From: Stegostoma tigrinum
Lineage: Eukaryota
Assembly: GCF_030684315.1 (NCBI RefSeq)
Contig: NC_081386.1
Location: 24,868,827 to 24,932,826 of the forward strand
Reading direction: 5' to 3'
Length of the DNA: 64,000 bases
In this document: one piece after another, positions 24,901 to 37,870 of the stretch
How positions within the stretch are numbered: the first letter of the stretch is position 1
Layout: every line of letters starts with the position of its first letter
Notes under the pieces: model-generated
The model's input: only the letters and a program-made list of their open reading frames with translations
Told to the model about the DNA's origin: nothing
The model's database searches: none
Translations under genes and position numbers: made by a program

Positions 24901-26502
24901 TTACTGAATTTTTTGTTTACTGTTTTGAACAATGCTACAAAGTTTGGTCAACAGTACAACTGTCAGCGCTATAACTATGAGGAACAGTGACAGCAGGAAG
25001 ATCATCACATCTACACAATAGTAAACGTACCAGGGGAGTCGGTAAGACTCTGAGCGTAAATGTGCTGCCCCTTTATGTCGAGCAACATACTCAATCCAGA
25101 AAATAGCTCTCTCCATTGGAGTCTCAGGTTGGTCTCTGTGCAGTGCAGAGAGTTTTTGCATATTCTCCCGATAAGAGGTGTTATGTATAACCTCATTCAG
25201 TGCCTGCAATAGATCTGTTGACCGCATGGTTGCAACATTAATCACTTTTGCTGCACCTCGGATTTCAAGTCGGAGTAAATTATCAAACTGGTCAAAAATC
25301 AATGGCATTCCAACTACTGGCACCCCATGATAGATGGCTTCATAAACTCCATTGGTGCCACCATGGGCAACAAAGACTCGTGTCTTTGGGTGCCCGAGTA
25401 GATCATTCTGAGGGATCCATTTCGCCAGTAGTGTATTATTTCCAATGTTGGGAGGGATTGTTCCGTCATGTCTCCAGATAACTTTCTGAGGTACTTGAGC
25501 AAAGGCCTCTGCTATTTGCATTGTAATATGCATTGGCAAGGAGCTAACAATGGTCCCCAGTGACATGACAATAATCCCATGGTCCCCTGAGGACTGGACA
25601 AACTCTTCAAATTCTAGAGGTAAAGGCTTGGATGGTTTACACTGGAATCCTCCAATATAAACAATATTTGGCATGGTGGGTCTCGGGAATTCAAATATAA
25701 AATCTACTCTCATCAGCAACACATCTGCCCTCAGGAGAACAGTCTCAATGTCTGTATCTGGGCCCAGATAGCGATGGCAGAGATCATTATAAATTGGCTG
25801 AATGAGAAATTTTGAAGTAGTTATCCGAAAAAGATTTAGGAGCAAATTTTGTATTCTTTGCAGAAAACCCATTTTACTTGTAAATTGTGATCCAGTGATT
25901 GGGATATATGAAGGTGGCGATGGGGCAGAGAATAAATGAGCTTCCCCACTGATGAACCATCGAACATTGTACACTAAAGGAATTTTTAAATAATAAGCAA
26001 GCATTGGACCAGTACCAAAAGCAGGATCAGTGAGTACTAAGTCAAAATTTGCATCTTCAAGTTGCCTCAAAACAGCTTTGTTACTGAAAATTGCATTGGT
26101 AAACTCTCCAGCACAACGATGGTATGAATACAAAGCATTCCTAAGCTGATATTGTAGCTGAACAAAGGCCCAAAATGTCAAGCCATTCTTTAAGGCATTC
26201 AAAGTTTTTTGTAGGTATGTTTGTATCAAATTTTCTGTTTTATTTTGGCCAAGGCATTCTTGTAGTTGAACCGTAATAGATTGATATAGATCAGACATCT
26301 CCTTTGTGTACCAGGCTGTGGAGGAATGGAGCACAGTGATGTTGTGTCCATGAAGTTTCAGCTCTTCTATTAATATTCTCATATTAATCCAATGACTTCC
26401 ATCAACAGGAACAACCAAAACATCAACCCCATGGGTAACAGAACAAGACAGAGTAAGAATACATGCAGCCAGTAATCTACATTTCCACCCAGAACACTGC
26501 AT
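24901..26502 (-). CDS. UDP-glucuronosyltransferase with single coding exon (UGT5-like), copy B, 533 aa from ATG 26502
   Basis: It starts MQCSGWKC.. with a signal peptide and has GSHW, LTDP, the full UGT signature, a TM helix and KQKIQ. An acceptor (ttctctgacAG, 26529-26530) lies 26 nt upstream of the ATG, so the longer ORF-track start at 26577 is intronic. Confidence 0.95.
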   Translation of the reverse strand: MQCSGWKCRLLAACILTLSCSVTHGVDVLVVPVDGSHWINMRILIEELKLHGHNITVLHSSTAWYTKEMSDLYQSITVQLQECLGQNKTENLIQTYLQKTLNALKNGLTFWAFVQLQYQLRNALYSYHRCAGEFTNAIFSNKAVLRQLEDANFDLVLTDPAFGTGPMLAYYLKIPLVYNVRWFISGEAHLFSAPSPPSYIPITGSQFTSKMGFLQRIQNLLLNLFRITTSKFLIQPIYNDLCHRYLGPDTDIETVLLRADVLLMRVDFIFEFPRPTMPNIVYIGGFQCKPSKPLPLEFEEFVQSSGDHGIIVMSLGTIVSSLPMHITMQIAEAFAQVPQKVIWRHDGTIPPNIGNNTLLAKWIPQNDLLGHPKTRVFVAHGGTNGVYEAIYHGVPVVGMPLIFDQFDNLLRLEIRGAAKVINVATMRSTDLLQALNEVIHNTSYRENMQKLSALHRDQPETPMERAIFWIEYVARHKGAAHLRSESYRLPWYVYYCVDVMIFLLSLFLIVIALTVVLLTKLCSIVQNSKQKIQ

Positions 26503-27928
26503 GGTGTGAAAAAAATGATATCCAGGTCCTGTCAGAGAATTAAATAGAGGAATTAGTGTTAGGACATAAATTTTCAAAATGATATTTCTGCAGCTTCCAT
26601 CCCCTTAATCTATTCAATACTATGCTTAGACAAAGTTAGATTTGTGACAGCTTTCAGTTGTTAAATCAGAATTCTTAACTCCATACCAATGAATTCTGAG
26701 GAAAGGTCACTCAACCTAAAATGTTAACTCTAATTTCTCTCCACAAATGCTGCCAGACCTGCCGAACTTTCCCAGCAATTTCTATTTTTCTTTTTGATTT
26801 CCAGTGTCTGCAGTTCTTTCAGTTTTTAATGCTGTTGAGTTTGCAGCCTGTGACAAAAATTTAGCAAGTTTTATCAACAGCACCAATAATTTGTATTCCA
26901 TTTATTAATAAATTGCCATAGGAGCACTATAAACCAAAATTTGACACTGAGATATATTTACTGCTTTGGAGCAGATGGCCAAAGAGATAGACTTTCAGAA
27001 ATTACTTAAAGGAGCAAAGAGAGGTAAATGCTTGAGGGAGAGAATGCCACAACTGAGTGCTTATACAGCTACCGATACAGCCAGCAATGGTGGAGCAGTT
27101 AAAATTGGGAGTGTTCAACATTAGAATTACATCAGTGCAAATATCTCCAAGGAATGTTGGATTGGAGTAGAATGGGAAGATAGGGAGGAGTTTAACAAAA
27201 ATGAATGAGAATTATAAAATGGAAGCAACACAGTGTGGAGGTGGAGAAACACAGCAGGCCAGGTAGCCTGAAGAAAGGTCCCAACCCGAAACATCAACTT
27301 TTCTGCTTCTCTGGTGCTGCCTGGCCTGCTGTGTTCCTCCAGCTCCACACTGTGTTATCTCTGACTCCAGCATCAGCAGTTCTTACTATTTCTGAGTGAG
27401 CTATAACCGGACTGTGAAGCCCCCATTTCTGAAGAGGTGTCGCTACCTGAAACATCAACTTTCCTACTTTTCTGATGCTGCCTGGCCTCTGTGTTCACCA
27501 GCTCTACATTGTGTTATTTCTGACTCCAGCAACGGTAGTTCTTACTATTTCTATAAAATTGAGGCATTGCTTATCTAGGAGCCAATGTTAAACAGTGCAT
27601 ATAAAGGTGGTGGGTAAATGGGACTTAGTGAAAATGAGGGCATTGACAGTGGAGTTTTGGATGACCTTCAGTTTATGGATGGTGCAAAGCAGAAAGCTGG
27701 TTAGAGGTGACACGGAAAAATCGAGCCCACAACAAAAACATAGATGAGGGTTCCAACATGGAAGAGCACATAGGCTGTCTTAAAGATGGTATGATGTGTG
27801 ATTGGATGTTCATCTCAAGGTTAAATATGACACCAGGGATGTGAATAGTCTGAGGAAGGTCTCCGGACCTGAAACATTAACTCTCTTTTCTCCTCCACAG
27901 ATGCTGACTTTCGTCTCATGCTTAGTTT

Positions 27929-28153
27929 TGAGCCTAGAACAAATGTTTGCACAACATGACTCTGAATCGAAGCCACTTGGTCACGCCTGTTATCTCATTC
28001 CGCAGTGGCTGGGTCTTATTATGTCATGAAATGCTGTTACCTTTTACTTACAGTTGAACGCCGTAAAAGGTTGTGCGTTGTCGGCGCTTCAAGATTCCCG
28101 GGGAAATGAAATGTTTAGTTTGTGAGAGCAAGAGTTCAAAGTCTAACTGATTT
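27929..28153 (-). promoter_or_regulatory. Duplicated copy (225 bp) of the candidate UGT-B first exon/promoter
   Basis: Direct repeat of 28425-28649, with a GTAAGT donor at 28046-28051 (minus) and DR1 AGTTCAAAGTCTA at 28133-28145. It sits inside a short hammerhead element. Confidence 0.6.
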
Positions 28154-28424
28154 GCCAGCAACTTTGTTTTTGTTCCTGACTTACAGAATCCACAGTTCTT
28201 TTGTTTTTTTTCTGTGAATAGTCTTGTTCAGCCCGATTTTGTGTTGGTGGTGCGTGGGGAAATTACAACCTCATTTGATGGGATTCAGATTTAGGTTTCC
28301 AAGCAAAACAATCAAGGATTTAGGAAGTAATCAATACTCAAAAACATTGGAGAGGAGAAGGAAGTTGGGGACGGGGGTGAAAGAAAAATCTGCAGAGGCA
28401 AGGGCAACAAGGTTTCATTTAAAG

Positions 28425-28649
28425 TGAGCCTAGAACAAATGTTTGCACAACACGACTCTCAATCGAAGCCACTTGGTCACGCCTGTTATCTCATTCTGCA
28501 GTGGCTGGGTCTTATTATGTCATGAAATGCTGTTACCTTTTACTTACCGTTGAACGCCGTAAAAGGTTGTGCGTTGTCAGTACTTCAAGACTCCCGGGGA
28601 AATGAAATGTTTAGTTTATGAGAGCAAGAGTTCAAAGTCTAACTGATTT
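28425..28649 (-). promoter_or_regulatory. Candidate non-coding first exon and promoter of UGT copy B
   Basis: The minus-strand donor ACG|GTAAGT is at 28542-28547, with a FoxA-like TGTTTAGT nearby and DR1 AGTTCAAAGTCTA at 28629-28641. Confidence 0.6.
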
Positions 28650-30043
28650 TGTAATTCTGAACATTTGATTTATTGTTCCTCGAATTGCAAGTCGTCCTGA
28701 CCGTGCATGGCTCAAAGGATAATCTTTATTCTTGACCAGTACTGTTTAGAATGATTATGCCTTGTTTTTCTAAATTGTTACATTTTCGTTTAAATAGCTG
28801 TACATAAAAAATAAGGAGTCGCTGTGGAAATCCAGCCAACAGTAACGGAAACCGCTTGAGACGCTGAATGTCTGTGACTAAAAAGATAAACAAAAACGAG
28901 ACTAAACTGTGATTTATTATCAGAATCTGAAACATTAACTGTTTTTCTCTTTCTACACGTGTGGTTAGATTTGTTGAGTTTTCTCCCCTGAACCTTGGCT
29001 GTTCACCAGATTTCTAGCATCTACAGTGTTTTTCTTTTGATCGTTACGAGGGGACTTGCATAAGAGGTTTTAGGTCCATTCTCCATTCTGGCACAGGGCC
29101 TGATAGTAGCTTTGTGAATGATGGGTTTGAGTTTCCCTACCAACAGCAGATTACACACATGACTTGGCTTCAGAGGTTTTTTTTAAACACTGAGGCATTT
29201 TAACACTTCACAGATGGAGGATGAAGTAGGATCAGAATGTATTTGTCTCTATCAGTTCAGTTCATGAGTTGCTGAGCTATGTCTCTGGGTGTAATTCACA
29301 GCTGACCATGGGGAAACCTGTGTGGAGGAGCTGCAGCTAGGGAGTAATATAACAAGGTGTAGAGCTAATATAACAAGGTGTAGAGCTGGATGAACACAGC
29401 AGTCCAAGCAGCATCAGAGGAGCAGGAAGGTTGAAGTTTGAGGTCTAGACTGGAATGAGTTGCCAGAGGAAGTGGTGGAGGCTGGTACAATTACAACAAT
29501 TAAAAAGCATTTGGATGGGTATGTGAATAGGAAAGGTTTAGAGGGATATGGGCTGAATGCCGGCAAATGGGATTAAATTTATTTAGGAAATCTGATCGGC
29601 ATGGACGATTTGTACCTAAGGGTCTGTTTCTGTGCTGCACAGTTCTATGTCTCTTAACCACTCTCTGCAATGTCCAAAAGCACACTGTTCGACAGCAGTT
29701 AGCAGTAGGCAACAGATAAGACCATAAGATGTAGGAGCAGAATTTGGCCATTCAGCCCACCAGGTATCCTCCACCATTTGAACATGGCTGATGTGTTTCT
29801 TAACCCCATAATCCTTGTCAATTCCTCTGACCTTATCAATCTGCCCCATACAAGAGTAAAATAAACTCTGATAGGTAAGTAACTAGTTCAACTTCTGGCG
29901 ATATTAATCACCACCAATTGAACCAACTACTTTTAGCTGATTAACAGTTAATTGTCAGTTCAATGCTTAGTAACACAATCTACCTTATAGTCATTTGGTA
30001 GTACAGACTTAAGTATTTTTGACAAAAGGCATATTTTGCTGAG

Positions 30044-30188
30044 ATGACAAAGTGTGGAGCTGGATGAACACAGCAGGACAAGCAGCATCTCAGGAGCACA
30101 AAAGCTGACGTTTCGGGCCTAGACCCTTCATCAGATAACTTTGTTATCTTGGATTCTCCAGCATCTGCAGTTCCCATTATCTCTGTTA
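30044..30188 (-). mobile_element. Short Penelope-derived element with intact hammerhead core and 14-bp TSD
   Basis: The TSD CATATTTTGCTGAG is at 30030-30043 and 30189-30202. The core CTGATGA-AGGGTCTAGGCCC-GAAACGTC is at 30107-30134 (minus). Confidence 0.85.
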
Positions 30189-30559
30189 CATATTTTGCTG
30201 AGGCTTTTTAACTTGCACACATCGGAAAATACCAGAGTAAAGGGAAAACAAGATTTGTATTGTATGAGATGAGAGCACTGATTGGTTGGCAAGTGGACTG
30301 TATTGGTCATGGTACTGCCATGAATAATTAACATTAATGTCAGCTGACTGTCAAAGGTTATTTAAATTTTAAACAAAACAGGCTGGCTCTGGTCAAGGCA
30401 TTCTCTAAGAAATGAACTAGAATTGCAGTCACTTGCTTTTAAGTTGAAAATGCATTGTACATGTACATATGTTGGCATACAATGGGGCACTGTGCAATAA
30501 AAGATATAGTTTGCAGCACATGCAAGTGTGTCACATTCTGAGTGTGACTAACAATCATA

Positions 30560-33500
30560 GAGACACCTGATCATGGCCAGAGGGGTCTATCTGCTCAAGC
30601 ATAGATTTCATGTATGTGTCCTGCACATTCTTGGTCAGATCCACTGACATCAAGTCAGTGTTCTTCTCTGACTACTGCCTCCTGCTGGTTGTCTGTCACC
30701 TACAGGATGACCAGTGGGCTGGCAAGGGAATGTGGAAGCTGAATGTGAAACTGTTGACCTCAGAAAACATTGAGGACCTCAAAAGGGATTACACAAGATC
30801 ATGGAGAACCATGAAGCCCCTATTTGAGTCTCCAGCAGACTGGTGGGAGGCAGTCAAAGGGAACATCAAGTGGTTCATTATCCTTAAAGGTGTTCAGAAG
30901 TGAGAGACATGTGAACAAAACTGTCCAAACTCCTGAAAACCATGCAGAACCTTCTCCTCCTGAAGACGATGGGGGTCAATGTCACAGAGGATCTCCAGGA
31001 GGTGAAGAGCCAGCAAGCATTACTTTTTGCCTTCGAGAACTCTAAGATAATCTTCTGATCCAGGATCCACACCCATGGAGCAGGATGAGATGTGTTCGTG
31101 TTCCTTCTTCCAGAAGGTGCACTGGGAAAGCTCTGTGCCCAGCAGCCTGAAGGAAGAAGATGGCTCAGTAATGTTATCTCAGTCTAACATCCAGAGGATC
31201 AGCAGATCCTTTTATGCCAGACTGTATGACATGAAGGTCACGGAGAGTGCAGGCTCCCAGTTGTTCCTGTCCTCTACCACAGAGGCCTAAGACTGCCGCA
31301 TATGGGAGAGGCTGGACAAAGGATGGATGAGCTGACCAAGGCCATCAAGCCCTTAGAAAAGAATAAAACTCCCAGAAGTGATGGCTTAGTGGCCGAGTTG
31401 CTTTCGGCTCTGTGGGACTTGATTGACCAGGGCCTGCTGGTGATGTATGACAGTACGTTTCTGGCAGGTACCATGTGCTAATTCACAAGGAAAAGTATCA
31501 TCACCCTCAGCTACAAGTGGAAGGTGGGGAGGGAGGAAATTGGAAACTGGAAACCAATATCATTGTTGAATGCAGACTACAAAATCCTGTCTAAGGTCAT
31601 CAACAACTGGGTTAGGTCTGCTCTGGGATCAGTGATTCACTCCAACCAAACCTGTGCTGTACAATCTCAGAGAGCCTCATGGTCCTCAGGGATATGATTG
31701 TCTACATGCAGGACAGGGGGATGGACATCTGCCTCGTCAGCTTGGATCTGGAAAAGGCCTTTGACAGGATATCATACACATACATGTGGGACGTGATCCC
31801 TGAAATGAGACTTGGGGAGGGAATCTACAATTGGATCCAACTGCTCTACTCCAACATAGTTAGTGCAGTCTCAATCAATGGGCGGGAATCAGAAAGCCTC
31901 CCATTCAGATCCATTAAGGTCGGCCTGCCTACTCTCTCCTGTCTTGTCTGTGTGTTTTATAGAGCCTATTGCTGAGTCCATCAGGAAGGATGTGAGCCGG
32001 AGAGGGGTGACTATTCCTGGCAGCGGAGGCCTGCAGCTCAAAGCCTCCCTGTACATGGATGACATCACTGTTTTCTGCTCGGATCCACCATCAGTTTGCA
32101 GGCTCCAGATCATCTGTGACCAGTTTGAGCTGGGCTTAGGAGCCAAGGTAAGTCAAGGCAATAGTGAGGCCACGGATAAGACAGTGTGGAGCTGGAGGAA
32201 CAGCAGGCCAGGCATCATCAGAGGAGCAGGAAAGCTGATGTTTTGGATCAAGATCCTTCTTCAGAAAATTGTCCCGACCCGAATCGTCAGCTTTCCTGCT
32301 CCTCTGATGCGGCTTGGCCTGCTGTGGTCCTCCAGCTCCACATTGTGCTATCTCTGACGCCAGCACTGGCAGTTCTTACTATCTCTAAGAGTGAGGCCTT
32401 GTTCTTTGGGAACTGGGCTGACAGTTTCTCATTCACTCGCATCAGGCCAAGTTACCTGAGGGTGCTGGGAATATAGTTTGCAGGGTCCGGGGTGTGCACA
32501 AAATCTTGGGAGGAGTGCATCACAAAAGTGAAGCAAAACCTGGTCCTTTAGGAGGACCGCTCATTCTCCATTGCAGATGACAAGCTGTGAGGGACTCTCT
32601 CTGTTGTTGTATATGGTGCAGGTCTGGCCCATCCCTCAAAACTACGCTTGTTCTGTCACCTGAACCATCGCTCATTTCATCTGGAAACCAAAGATAGTCC
32701 GTGTCTGCAGGGATGCCATGTACAAAACACTGATAAGCTGGGGAATAATGTACCCAACATCGCCCTCAAGCTGATGGTCACCCTTGAGTGTGGCTGCATC
32801 AAGCTGTGTGTAGACCCACAGTATGCAAGCACCAAGTGTCACAACATACTGAGGTTCTGCCTGTTCCCTGTGTTGCAAGGGAAGGGTCTGGCCTTGCTGC
32901 CGTGGAACGCTCCAAGTAGTTGGACTGTTCTGTACTACCTATCCTTCAGAGAAATTTGAAAGAAAAGCACCTTTGACCACAAGGGCATCAGGAAGTGGTC
33001 AGCACATAGCATCCTTGAAACCCTGAGGAAAGAAGAGAGGATGGATCCTGTCATGTGGTTCCCTGAGCAGACTGTCAGAGTCAATTGGCAGAATGCCTCA
33101 TCACCAGAACTTTCTAACAAGCACCAAAGCATCATTTGGCGGGTGGTGAGAAGGTCACTACCTGTGAGATCCTTTATCTATGCCCGGTCAGCCTGCATCA
33201 TCACACACTACCCTTGAAGCAGCTGTGGGGGAGGGAGCGGGGGTGGGGGGGGGCGTGGGGGAGTGGTGTTGAAACTGTCACATATCTCCTGTTAGAATGT
33301 GCCTTTGCAAAGAAGTCTGAAGAAAGATGCAGTGGATTTTGTTGAGGTTGATCCCGAGCGGTTCCATTACGTGGGACTCTGTTCTCTATAGTCTATTCTT
33401 TGGGATGCACATCGAGACAAACATTAACTGTGCCTGGAGGACCATCAATTCAGTGAAAGATGCTCTTTGGTCTGCCCAAAACTTGTTAGCCTTCCAAAAC

Positions 33501-33870
33501 AAGGAGTTGACCATGACTGGGTGTTGCGGTCTGGTATATTCCCGGATTCAGGATGACATGCTGATGGATGCATTAAAGTTTGGGGCACCTGCCACCAAGG
33601 TGCAGTGGAGAAAGTCCATTGTCTGAGGTCTTTCTGCTGAAGCTGAATGGGGGTCCATTCAGTTATCGGACCCTCCCAGTATCTTAAGTATGTGTAATTA
33701 TTAGTGTAGTATGTATAAGAGAGGTCTTTGGATTTTCAGATAATCAAAATTTTATGTTTTGTTTGTTTATTTGATATGCAGCTGTACAGAACAAACAGCA
33801 ATTCTGACAATGTGTACTAACAGAGATTTTGTATGAATTAAGTATTTTTTTTTAATTAAAAAAATCCCAA
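30560..33870 (+). mobile_element. Degraded Tx1/L1-superfamily LINE ORF2
   Basis: Motifs include SD(Y)C...GMWKLNVKLL, WKPISLLNADYKILSK, SLDLEKAFDRI, LYMDD and C-terminal ETVTYLLLECAFAK, with an A-rich tail at about 33840-33866. Confidence 0.85.
32172..32389. mobile_element. Palindromic short element inserted into the Tx1-like LINE
   Basis: It has inverted arms and a TSD, AGTGAGGCC, at 32163-32171 and 32390-32398. Confidence 0.8.
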
Positions 33871-34344
33871 GTTGGTTGTTCACATAATTCTTTGCACACT
33901 CAGCTTTACATAGCAAATTTTGCTCAATCACAGAATCACATCTAATATTTGACATAGTGATGTGAATTTTGGAAGCACAGGCTGAATTTGTGTGCTTGGT
34001 ATCTTGCCTGTTTGAACAGCTGAAGGGATGTACTGCTTGATATGTTCAGCAATGGCACACACATCTTACATATCCAGCATCAAACTGGCACTGAACTTTA
34101 TATAACCCATTACTCATTTATTTGCCAGGCAAATGCCTTTTTGACTTGACGGCAACATCCTGTTAGTGATGTATACCACTTTTGTTGCAACTGCAGAGCA
34201 GTAGCATGAAACAGCAACTTGTTGCTCATAACTTTCCAGATGCCGCATCCGTCCAGTAAATTCTGAGGTAGACCGGGCACTTTTCAGGATCAAATGTACT
34301 GGCCTTAGTCTCATTCATGATTTTGCACTATCGGTAGTGAGAAA

Positions 34345-37300
34345 TAGAGTCATAGAGTGGTACAGCATGGAAACAGCCCCTTCAGTCCAACTTGTACATT
34401 CTGACCAGATATCCTAAATAAATTAAGCCTCATTTGCCAGCATTTGGCCAATATCCCTCTAAACCCTTCCTATTCATGTACCCCTCCAGTTGCCTTTTAA
34501 ATGTTGTAATTGTACCAGCTCCATCACTTCTTCTGACAGCTCATTCCATAAACGCACCACTCTCTGTGTGAAAAGGTTGCCTCTTAGGTCCCTTTGAAAT
34601 CTTTCCCCTCTTACTTTAAACCTATGAGCTCTAGTTTTGGATCCCCTACTCTAGGGAAAATAAAACTTATCTATTCACCCCATCCATGCCCCTCATAATT
34701 TTATAAACCTCTATATCCCAGCCTCTTCAGCCTCTCCCTGTAGCTCAAACACTCCAACCCTGACAAAATCCTTGTAAAACTTTTCTGAACCCTTTCAAGT
34801 TTCATAACGTCCTTCCTATAGCAGGGAGACCAGAACTGCACACAGTATTCCAAAAATAGCCTCACCAATGTTCTGTCCAGCTGCAACATGATGTTCCAAC
34901 TCCTATACTCAATGCAAAGACCAATAAAGACAAACATACCAAACACCTTCTTTGCTATCCAATCTACCTGCAACTCCACATTCAAGGAACCATGAACCTG
35001 CACCCTAAGGTCTCTTTGTTCAGCAACACTCCCCAGGACCTTATCATTAAGTGTACAAGTCTGGCCCTGATTTGCCTTTCCAAAATGCAGCACCTCACAT
35101 TTAAGGTCTAAATTAAACTCCATCTGCCACTCCTCGGTCCATTGGCCCATTTGATCCCATTGTACTCTGAGATAACCTTCTTCACTATCCATTTCAGTAC
35201 CAATTTTAGTGACATCTGTAAACTTACTAACCATCCCTCCTATGTTCACATCCACAACATTTATATAAATGACGAAAAGCAGTGGACTCAGCACCAATCC
35301 TTATGGCACACTGCTGATCACAGGCCTCCAGTCTGAAAAGCAACCCACCACCACCCTCTGCCTTCTACCTTTGAACCAGTTCCGTATCCAAGTAGCTAGC
35401 TCTCCCTGTATTCCATGTGATTTAACCTCATTAACAAGTCTACCATCAGGAACCTTGTCCACATGGATTGCTTCGACTGCTCTGCCTCATCAATCCTCTT
35501 TGTTACTTCTTCAAAAAGAAGGTTGAAGTTAGTGAGACACAATTTCCCGTGCACAAAGCCATGTTGACTATTGCCAATCAGTCCTTGAATTTCCAGTACA
35601 CGTAAATCTTGTCTTTCAGGAGTCCTTCCAACAACTTACTCACTACCGATGTCAGGCTCACAGGTCTATAATTCCCTAGCTTTTACTTACCACCCTTCTT
35701 AAACAGTGGCACCACATCAGCCAACCTCCTGTCTTCTGGCTCCTCACCTGTGGCTATCGATGATAGAAATATCTCAGCAAGGGGGCCAGCAATCACTTCC
35801 CTAGCTTCCCACAGAGTTCTAGGGTATACCTGATCAGGTCCTGGAGATTTATTTATCTTTATGCTTTTCAAGCCATCCAGCAGCTCCTCTTCTGTAATAT
35901 TGACATTTATCAAGATGTTATTTATTTTCCCAAGATTTCTGTTTGCCATATCTTACTCCACAGTAAACAATGATGCCAAATACTTGTTTAGTATCTCCCC
36001 CATCTCCTGCAGTTCCACAGGTAGGCAGCCTTACCGATCTATAAGCAGCCCTATTCTCTCCCCAATTACCCTTTTGTTCTTAATGTGTTTGCAGAATCCC
36101 TTTGCATGCACCTTAACCCTATTTGCCAAAGCTGCCTGATGTTCCCTTTTTACCCTCTTGATTTACCTCTTAAGTATACTCCTAATGCCATTATACTCTT
36201 CTAGGGATTCACTTGACCTCTGCTGCCTATACCTGACATATGCTTCCTTCTTTTTCTTGACCGAAACCTCAATTTCTCTCATCCCTCTACCTGCAAACAT
36301 CCACCCCCCAATCAACTTTTGAAGGTTCCTTCATAATACTGTCAAAGTTGGCTGTCTCCATTATAGAAATTTAACTTTCAGATTCAGCCTATCATTTTCC
36401 ATCAATGTTTTAAAACTAATGGAATAATGGTCACCGGCCCCAGTGTGCTCCCACACTGACACCTCAGTTACCTGCCTTGCCTTATTTTAGGTCAAACTTT
36501 GCACTTTCTCCAATAGGTACATCCAGACACTGAATCAGAAAATTTTCTTGTACACACTTAACAGCATCCAAGCCCTTAACACTACGTCAGTCCCAGTCTA
36601 CGTTTGGAAAGTTAAGATCCCCCACAATAACCATTCCTCACAAATTTGTTTCTCAATTTCTTGCTTACTATTGGGGGCACTGCAATAAAATCCACTTAAG
36701 TTTATCATCCCTTTCTTGTTTCTTAGTTCCGCCCAAATAACTTCACTGGAAGTATTCCCAGGCATATCCTCCCTAAGTATAGCCGTAATGTTATCCGTCA
36801 TCAAAATCACCAATCTCCCTCCTCTCTTGCCCTCCTTTCTATTCTTCCTATAGCATCTATACCTTGGAACATTATCATAGAATCATAGAAACCCGACAGT
36901 GTGGAAACAGGCCATTCAGCCCAACAAGTCCACATCACCCCTCCAAACAGCATCCTGTGCAGACCCATTCCCCTACCCCTGCATTTCCCATGTCTGACCC
37001 ACCTAACCTAAACATCCCTGGGCAATTTAGCACACCTAATCCACCTATCCTGCACATCTTTGGACGCTGGGAGGAAACCAGAGCACCTAGAAGTAACCCA
37101 TGCAGACACAGAGAGAATGTGCAAACTCCACACAGTTTGCTAGCCCAGCGACAACAACAATGCACCATTGCTTCCCCCCTGCCAGTCCTGTCCATCCCTG
37201 AATCACATCTCTGTAATTGCCATGATATCTCAGTCCCAACCATGCCCTGTGTTTATCTGCCTTTCATGTTAGGCTCCTGCATTGAAATATATGCAGTTTA

Positions 37301-37870
37301 ATTGATCAGTCCCACTTCATTCTCTGCTTTGTTCCTGCCTGCCCTGACTGTTTGACTTGCTCCTTTTCCCAACTGTACTAGCCTCAGACTGGTCTCTTTC
37401 CTCACTATCTCCCTGGGTCCCATTCCCGCCCTCACCCCCTTACAAATGTAAATCCTCCCAAGCAGCTCTAGTAAAACTCTCTGCCAATATATTAGTCCCC
37501 TTCCAATTCAGGTGCAATCCATCCTTCTTATGCAAGTCACTTCTACCCCAGGACAGATTCCAACGGTGCAAAAACATGAATTCTACTCCCCTGCCCCAGC
37601 TCCTCAGCCACACATTTATTGGCTGTATCCTCCCACTCCGACCCTCTCTAGTTTGTGACACCAGGAGTAATCTAGATATTACTACCCTCGAGGATCTCCT
37701 TTTTAAATTCCTGCCTAACTTCTCATATTCTCTCCTTAGAATCTCATCCTTTTCTCTTTCTATATTATTAGTTCCAATGTGTACAATGACGTCCTGATGA
37801 TCGCTCTCCCCTTTGAGAATATTCAGCACGCTGTCTAATATATGCTTGATCTCAGTACCAGGGCGGCTAA
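34345..37870 (-). mobile_element. Degraded CR1 LINE (ORF1 esterase to 3' UTR), interrupted by a SINE
   Basis: ORF fragments 34701-35297 (RT), 35683-35949 (KSPGPD), 36598-36813 (endonuclease) and 37440-37829 (HIGTNN, DGLHLN). Confidence 0.88.
36876..37135 (-). mobile_element. HE1/V-SINE fragment
   Basis: V-domain motif GGAGTTTGCACATTCTC...TGCATGGGT and a CR1-like tail. Confidence 0.75.

Noticed and set aside
26503-26577. 25-aa N-terminal extension of UGT-B in the ORF track
   Set aside because: It has a non-ATG start and spans a polypyrimidine tract and acceptor AG at 26529-26530. ATG 26502 aligns with the copy A start and signal peptide.
29344-29390. Short tandem duplication (taatataacaaggtgtagagc x2)
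   Set aside because: Local slippage at the end of a short repeat element, with no evidence of function.
33226-33263. G-run tract with quadruplex potential
   Set aside because: It is an expanded G-run inside a dead Tx1-like ORF, with no sign of selection.
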